From a virus (taxonomy: Duplodnaviria; Caudoviricetes), in the IMG/VR virus record IMGVR_UViG_3300009786_000034, positions 1 to 36,394 of that record: a DNA stretch of 36,394 nucleotides. The stretch is one strand, 5' to 3'. The notes beneath the pieces were generated by a model. The model searched no databases. It saw nothing but the letters and a program-made list of their open reading frames with translations, and was not told the origin of the DNA. Shown here one piece after another: positions 31,992-36,394 of this stretch; the stretch's first letter is position 1; each line of letters begins with the position of its first letter. A program made the position numbers and the translations under genes.

Positions 31992-32906
31992 TTACTTATA
32001 AATGTCAAGCTTCGGCTCCCTCTTAATGAGAAAAGGAAACTTAGTTAACTCGGTTGACGAGCTTCCCTCGCCCCCGTTTTTAAGGCCGCTATCCTCTACC
32101 GCAATTTTTTCAAGATTCTCTAAAGAAGGAGAGTCAATATTGGGATCAAGAGCCCAAAGCACATCGTTTTCCTTTGCCCAGCGCTTCATGCGTCTAATTG
32201 GGACCGTTAAATTAAAACCCTCTCCAGCCCCTCTTACAAGCATGCCTACATAACGACCATCGGTAAGAAACACTCCTCCTCCCGAGGAGCCTGGGAACGC
32301 GGTAACAGTAGTCTGGTCATACTCTCTTTTCCCGTGGATTCTGCCTACTTGAGAAACAATACCTGTCGTCATTGAATTTGCCCCCATCTGACCCAATAAA
32401 GAACCTACGTGAAAAAGGCTCGTCCCAATCGGAATGATGGCGTCGTCTTTATTAAGATAAAATCTAGCGCTTTCTTTTGAATAATCTTTGGCTCTCACCA
32501 TTAGAAGGGCTAGGTCATGTCCGTCATCTGCATTGGAATATTTAATTACCATTGCGTCCATCTTAATCTCTCCAACACGCCTGCCCTCTGCCACCAACTC
32601 TTTGACAATCTGTGCGTCCTTAAATTCTACAACCTTTCGTGGGCGTCCGTTTTCATCAATAACATCCCTGACGGTTCTGAGGTTATCCACTACATGGCCC
32701 GCCGTCCAAACGAAAGTGACTTCCTCCCCTTCGATTTCTCTTACGATAAGAACTCCCGAGCCTTCTGACTTACTCCACTTCCCCTCGGACTTAATAGTAA
32801 CGGAAATGTCTTGAAGAAAATTGGCGACTCGTTTTCTATTTTTTAAATCCTCTCCAAAAATAGGATTAAGGCTTACAAATAGCAATAATAATGTAATGTA
32901 TTTCAT
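31992..32906 (-). CDS. exported trypsin-like (S1) serine protease without a PDZ domain
   Basis: Signal peptide; GSGV, TAGHV, DLALL, PGSSGGG catalytic triad motifs. Confidence 0.88.
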   Translation of the reverse strand: MKYITLLLLFVSLNPIFGEDLKNRKRVANFLQDISVTIKSEGKWSKSEGSGVLIVREIEGEEVTFVWTAGHVVDNLRTVRDVIDENGRPRKVVEFKDAQIVKELVAEGRRVGEIKMDAMVIKYSNADDGHDLALLMVRAKDYSKESARFYLNKDDAIIPIGTSLFHVGSLLGQMGANSMTTGIVSQVGRIHGKREYDQTTVTAFPGSSGGGVFLTDGRYVGMLVRGAGEGFNLTVPIRRMKRWAKENDVLWALDPNIDSPSLENLEKIAVEDSGLKNGGEGSSSTELTKFPFLIKREPKLDIYK

Positions 32907-32935
32907 GCTTTATAATATTCACGGGCTGTCTGATT

Positions 32936-34405
32936 TCAAAACTTTTGCACCTTTTTCGTAATTCTTCCTACTAATTTTTTAAAATTAGAATTATTGTCGC
33001 TTTTATTCTCTTCGGTTTTTTTTCTTACTAGGTTAATTTGTCTTCTATTGTGTCTTGCTATCTTTTGTATTTTCTTAAACTCTGTGCGAGCCGCCTTATA
33101 AAAAATCAAACCATGCTTGTCGTTAGTTATTTTTTTTTTATCTTCCTGTTTTTTATAGAAATTAATTATATCTTTTATCTCTTCTTCGTCTGGGAGCTGC
33201 GACTTTAATGCTTGAATTCGATCTAGCGCTTCTTCTACGTCTCTACTATCTGCCACTTCTTTAAGCTGCTCTTCTAAATGAATAACTTTTTTCTTTATAT
33301 TATTAACTCCAGCATCAGAAGCCTCTTGTGGTATTGCACCAACTGACTTCCCTGTGTTTAGCCCTTGTACTGCCGCCAAGATAAGAAGGATAGCTAGAGG
33401 ATCGAAAACAAAAATCAATACAATAATTACCAGCCTTACCGCTTTGTCGAATTTAATTTCGCTGCCCCCTAAGTCTTCAAATAGTTTGGCTATATATTTG
33501 ACGGGGCCAACTTCTGCTTCTAGGGTACGAACTTTTTCATCAAAGATAATCTTACTGACTTCAAGGTCATTGATCCTGTCTGTCGTTTCGTTGATTAATG
33601 TATTGTATTTTTCTATTTCTTCTTTCGCTTCTGAGTGACCTCCTCCCCTTGCCTGCTGAAATTCTGCTATTTTTGTGCGAGATTCTTTGGTCTCTGTGTC
33701 TGCCTTCTGCCTATGTACATTAATCTTGCTCTCTCCTGCTTGGATGCTAGACTGAATGGACGCACGCTCTTCTTCTTGTAGTTCTTTAAGCGCTTGCAGT
33801 TTTTGTTTTTTATTAGAAAATAAACCCCCTGATTCAGCTTCTAAAGTGGCTGCTGCTGTATCAAGCTCCCTGCGCCTCTCTGCTAATTGATCAATCCGAT
33901 CTTGTTCAAACTGCACATCTTTATTTAATTGAGAATTAAGTTGTTCAATTCTTTTCTCTTCTCTCTGTATGTCTATTAAGTTAATATCCTTAGAGGAGGT
34001 TAATCGCTTTTCTTCTTCGACAATATAAGACTCCTGTCTAGTGATGAAGTGCTTCTCTCTCAAAACCTTCTCCTCTATTTGTTCTACTGCCGCCATTTCT
34101 TTTTCGGTAAGATAACTATGTTCGATATGAGCTTTAGATAGGAAGCCGAAAATTCCCATACTGGTAATGAGTATAAGTATTACTACGGCCGCCGTCAGGT
34201 AGCCTTTTATTAATTTATTAGCTGTACGCCAATTTCTATGTAACCAAACTGCCGCAACGATTTTGCCAATTTCTAAGACAGAACCCATGGTGATTACGGC
34301 AATGCTAGCACCAGGAAACATGGTGGCCAAGCCTAGAATACTAAAATAAGCTCCTGTAGCTGATATGCTAAGGGCTGAAATGAGTACTAGTATATAAAAA
34401 TTCAT
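32936..34405 (-). CDS. multi-pass membrane protein with a long coiled coil
   Basis: Three N-terminal TM helices, a long coiled coil, a fourth TM helix (IFVFDPLAILL) and a basic tail. Confidence 0.8.
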   Translation of the reverse strand: MNFYILVLISALSISATGAYFSILGLATMFPGASIAVITMGSVLEIGKIVAAVWLHRNWRTANKLIKGYLTAAVVILILITSMGIFGFLSKAHIEHSYLTEKEMAAVEQIEEKVLREKHFITRQESYIVEEEKRLTSSKDINLIDIQREEKRIEQLNSQLNKDVQFEQDRIDQLAERRRELDTAAATLEAESGGLFSNKKQKLQALKELQEEERASIQSSIQAGESKINVHRQKADTETKESRTKIAEFQQARGGGHSEAKEEIEKYNTLINETTDRINDLEVSKIIFDEKVRTLEAEVGPVKYIAKLFEDLGGSEIKFDKAVRLVIIVLIFVFDPLAILLILAAVQGLNTGKSVGAIPQEASDAGVNNIKKKVIHLEEQLKEVADSRDVEEALDRIQALKSQLPDEEEIKDIINFYKKQEDKKKITNDKHGLIFYKAARTEFKKIQKIARHNRRQINLVRKKTEENKSDNNSNFKKLVGRITKKVQKF

Positions 34406-34425
34406 AGCGCCGTTGCCATGAAGGT

Positions 34426-34650
34426 TTATATTTCGTAATAAGCTACTTGTCCTGCGGCCGCTGGGGTAAAGGTGTCACAAATGAGAGGGGATGGAAGAGC
34501 AACTGGCCCTGCGGCGCTGGATGTCACTCCATCTACAATGACATCTCCCGCTATTAAAATAGCCGTGATATACAGCTTTTTTTTAGAGGATGCCGTAACG
34601 GCGGTGCCATCGGTGACTAATTTACTGGGGATTGTATGTGAGGTTGCCAT
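34426..34650 (-). CDS. hypothetical small beta-rich protein
   Basis: 74 aa, A/T/G/V-rich. Confidence 0.6.
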   Translation of the reverse strand: MATSHTIPSKLVTDGTAVTASSKKKLYITAILIAGDVIVDGVTSSAAGPVALPSPLICDTFTPAAAGQVAYYEI

Positions 34651-34651
34651 G

Positions 34652-34798
34652 TTATTTTTCTTTCTTTGTAAATTGACTTAAACATACAGCAATACGCTGC
34701 TTTATATCTGAAAATTCTTTCTTCATGTCGTCGTTACTGATGCAGCGATCCATGAATTTTGACTTGTCTTCGTCTTTGTTTTTTGTTGGTAAAGGCAT
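34652..34798 (-). CDS. small phage protein (48 aa, not in the ORF track)
   Basis: MPLPTKNKDEDKSKFMDRCISNDDMKKEFSDIKQRIAVCLSQFTKKEK; GTGTAT motif upstream. Confidence 0.7.
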   Translation of the reverse strand: MPLPTKNKDEDKSKFMDRCISNDDMKKEFSDIKQRIAVCLSQFTKKEK

Positions 34799-34807
34799 TT
34801 TAAGGGT

Positions 34808-34813
34808 ATACAC
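34808..34813 (-). promoter_or_regulatory. GTGTAW motif
   Basis: GTGTAT 9 nt before the ATG at 34798. Confidence 0.55.
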
Positions 34814-34884
34814 TTAATATAGGTAATAAGCTATGTATGAGATAGTATAAATAGCTTTTTGTTTTTCAATTAGCGGAAATTTTA

Positions 34885-35358
34885 TTAAACACAATTTGGG
34901 GGATCGTCGCCATCTATAGAACAACCAAAGGCAATCTCTGTGCACGGGTCGCAGCACTCGCAAACTAACGTACACTCCGTATCATTAGAGCCGTCCCAGT
35001 AAGTGCCCAGGGGACCGCACTCGCTCGCTTCATAATCATCTTTGGTGTAGACTCCCCCTGCGCTAGCCTCAGGGTCAACACTCCAAGCCCCATTCACCCC
35101 GAGTGAGTCGGAGTAGTAAAGCCTCGTAGTCCAACAGTCTGACGTACACCCACATTGATAATAATAACACTCGGACTCAGTACCCTGATAAACATACGTG
35201 TACCCTAGGATTTCTACCACCGCAGGTATTTGGACACTTTCCTCATTATAAGCACAATAACATAGGCGAGGGCAACCACATGACTCACACGGGCCATCTT
35301 GGCAGTCATCGCAGCATTCGTCATCATTATTAACGAAATTTTTTATATAGCGAGCCAT
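34885..35358 (-). CDS. cysteine-rich acidic protein
   Basis: 20 Cys in 157 aa; starts 2 bp downstream of the repeat-protein stop. Confidence 0.7.
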   Translation of the reverse strand: MARYIKNFVNNDDECCDDCQDGPCESCGCPRLCYCAYNEESVQIPAVVEILGYTYVYQGTESECYYYQCGCTSDCWTTRLYYSDSLGVNGAWSVDPEASAGGVYTKDDYEASECGPLGTYWDGSNDTECTLVCECCDPCTEIAFGCSIDGDDPPNCV

Positions 35359-35360
35359 TA

Positions 35361-36394
35361 TTATACCACGCTAGGTTTAACCAAGAAATCGCCTGTAAAG
35401 ATTTGTCCAGTTCCTGTACAAACCTGTATCCCTGTGAGCCACTGTAATCCTAGGCAGTCTAAAATCATTTCTTCCGCATCTATCCATTCCATAGACTCTG
35501 CGGGCCCAGCTAAAAGACTGCACGAGGTTCCTCCTTCAGGAACGATACAATCCCCAGAAACCACAATGTATTCCTGGCCGTCGATACTCTCGGTATAAGT
35601 AGTGGTGCATCCTGTGCCCGTGATCGAATAAAGCTCCAAGTAGTTTTTACAAGCGGACTTCCCGTCAGCGCCTGTGATATTATAAAAGTCTTTTGCTAGG
35701 TTGCTCTGGTCAAAAGAGGTGCTCCCCGTTTCTGTCGGGTACTCTCCCCAGTTGCCAGTTAAGGGGGTGCAACTACCCGATATATAGACTGTATTGCCTT
35801 CCTTAAATGTCTCGATGCAACATCCTGTACCAGTAACGATGAGGGATCCGCCGTCATAATGCGTGATGATTATCTTATCGGCCTCCTCCGTTACGACCAC
35901 GTCCCCTCCTCCTGTTATCGTTTTGAATTGAAAATCATAAGCGCAATCGTCCCCTGTAATGCCGCTCAAAACTCCTGCGCCTTCCCCAATATTCTGTCCC
36001 GTAATAGAGGTGGTTCCTGAGATATAAAGAGTACTTCTAAAGGTGCCATCTCCCACCTCGTCCAGCCTAATGGAAGTTTCAATACAGCCCGTTCCTGTTA
36101 CGGAAACTAAATCGAGGTAATGATTGGGATCACATCCATCAGCTATACCCGCACTACCCGTCAGGTTATAAACTCCCCAAAGGAGATTGGTGTCAATCTT
36201 TTGGTTGGAATTAAGGGAGTCAATGCCTGTCACTTGTGGCATCGGCCAATTACCCGTTACCCCTTTGTTCATTCCTGAAATATAAAGAGTACTTCTAAAG
36301 GTGCCATCTCCCACCTCGTCCAGCCTAATAGAAGTTTCAATACAGCCCGTTCCTGTTACGGAAACTAAATCGAGATACTTTTCACAGGTGGCGG
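35361..36394 (-). CDS. Thr-Gly/Cys-rich repeat protein, putative tail-fibre or virion protein (start lies beyond the window)
   Basis: Frame is open to the window edge (...ATCEKYLDLVSVTGTGC); repeated YL(D/E)L.S(V/I)TGTGC...Y(I/V)SG modules. Confidence 0.7.
   Translation of the reverse strand, partial: ATCEKYLDLVSVTGTGCIETSIRLDEVGDGTFRSTLYISGMNKGVTGNWPMPQVTGIDSLNSNQKIDTNLLWGVYNLTGSAGIADGCDPNHYLDLVSVTGTGCIETSIRLDEVGDGTFRSTLYISGTTSITGQNIGEGAGVLSGITGDDCAYDFQFKTITGGGDVVVTEEADKIIITHYDGGSLIVTGTGCCIETFKEGNTVYISGSCTPLTGNWGEYPTETGSTSFDQSNLAKDFYNITGADGKSACKNYLELYSITGTGCTTTYTESIDGQEYIVVSGDCIVPEGGTSCSLLAGPAESMEWIDAEEMILDCLGLQWLTGIQVCTGTGQIFTGDFLVKPSVV
36014..36377. repeat. 106-bp intragenic direct repeat (36014-36119 and 36272-36377)
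   Basis: 258-bp offset; 3 mismatches, all at synonymous third positions. Confidence 0.9.

Noticed and set aside
2130-35598. Many short plus-strand ORFs in the track (e.g. 7539, 15609, 16734, 17784, 24141, 25459, 32488, 33354, 35299) and nested minus-strand ORFs 4673-4939, 21049-21363, 21642-21848
   Set aside because: They overlap well-supported genes on the opposite strand or in another frame and show no recognisable motifs.
36014-36377. DGR-like pair (all 3 differences are A versus G on the plus strand)
   Set aside because: All three are synonymous third-position transitions within one ORF, and no reverse transcriptase is seen. An ordinary intragenic duplication explains it.
1-36394. Stop-codon reassignment
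   Set aside because: Conserved genes are full length in the standard code, and TAA, TAG and TGA all occur as tight gene ends.
1-36394. Cellular (bacterial chromosome) origin
   Set aside because: Despite dnaE, dnaB, recA, clpC and ssrA, the genes are divergent, clustered among many tiny unknown ORFs on one strand, and accompanied by phage-type nucleotide enzymes. No capsid or terminase gene is in the window, so phage origin remains an inference.

Overview
This window looks like part of a large dsDNA bacteriophage genome: dense short ORFs, almost all on the minus strand, standard genetic code. A PVC-superphylum host is plausible from the Chlamydia-type class Ic NrdB, but that is inference. It carries a host-like replication and recombination set: Pol III alpha split into a separate PHP gene and a polymerase-core gene, a DEDDh exonuclease, DnaB, DnaG, RecA, a RuvB-like ATPase, an Hjc-like resolvase and a RecB/Cas4-like nuclease. 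Nucleotide metabolism genes include thyX, dCMP deaminase, dNMP kinase, guaC, an NDT-like enzyme, a NUDIX hydrolase and nrdB. There are also two glycosyltransferases, an FkbM methyltransferase and a predicted porin. The most striking element is a candidate phage-encoded tag-and-degrade module: a 434-nt tmRNA with an unusually long, strongly basic 38-codon tag, flanked by a ClpP-like protease with an N-terminal heptad extension and a trypsin-like protease, plus a ClpC-like unfoldase elsewhere in the window. Two promoter classes are visible, both placed very close to start codons: sigma70-like promoters and a recurrent GTGTAW motif. All calls come from reading motifs by eye; no searches were run.
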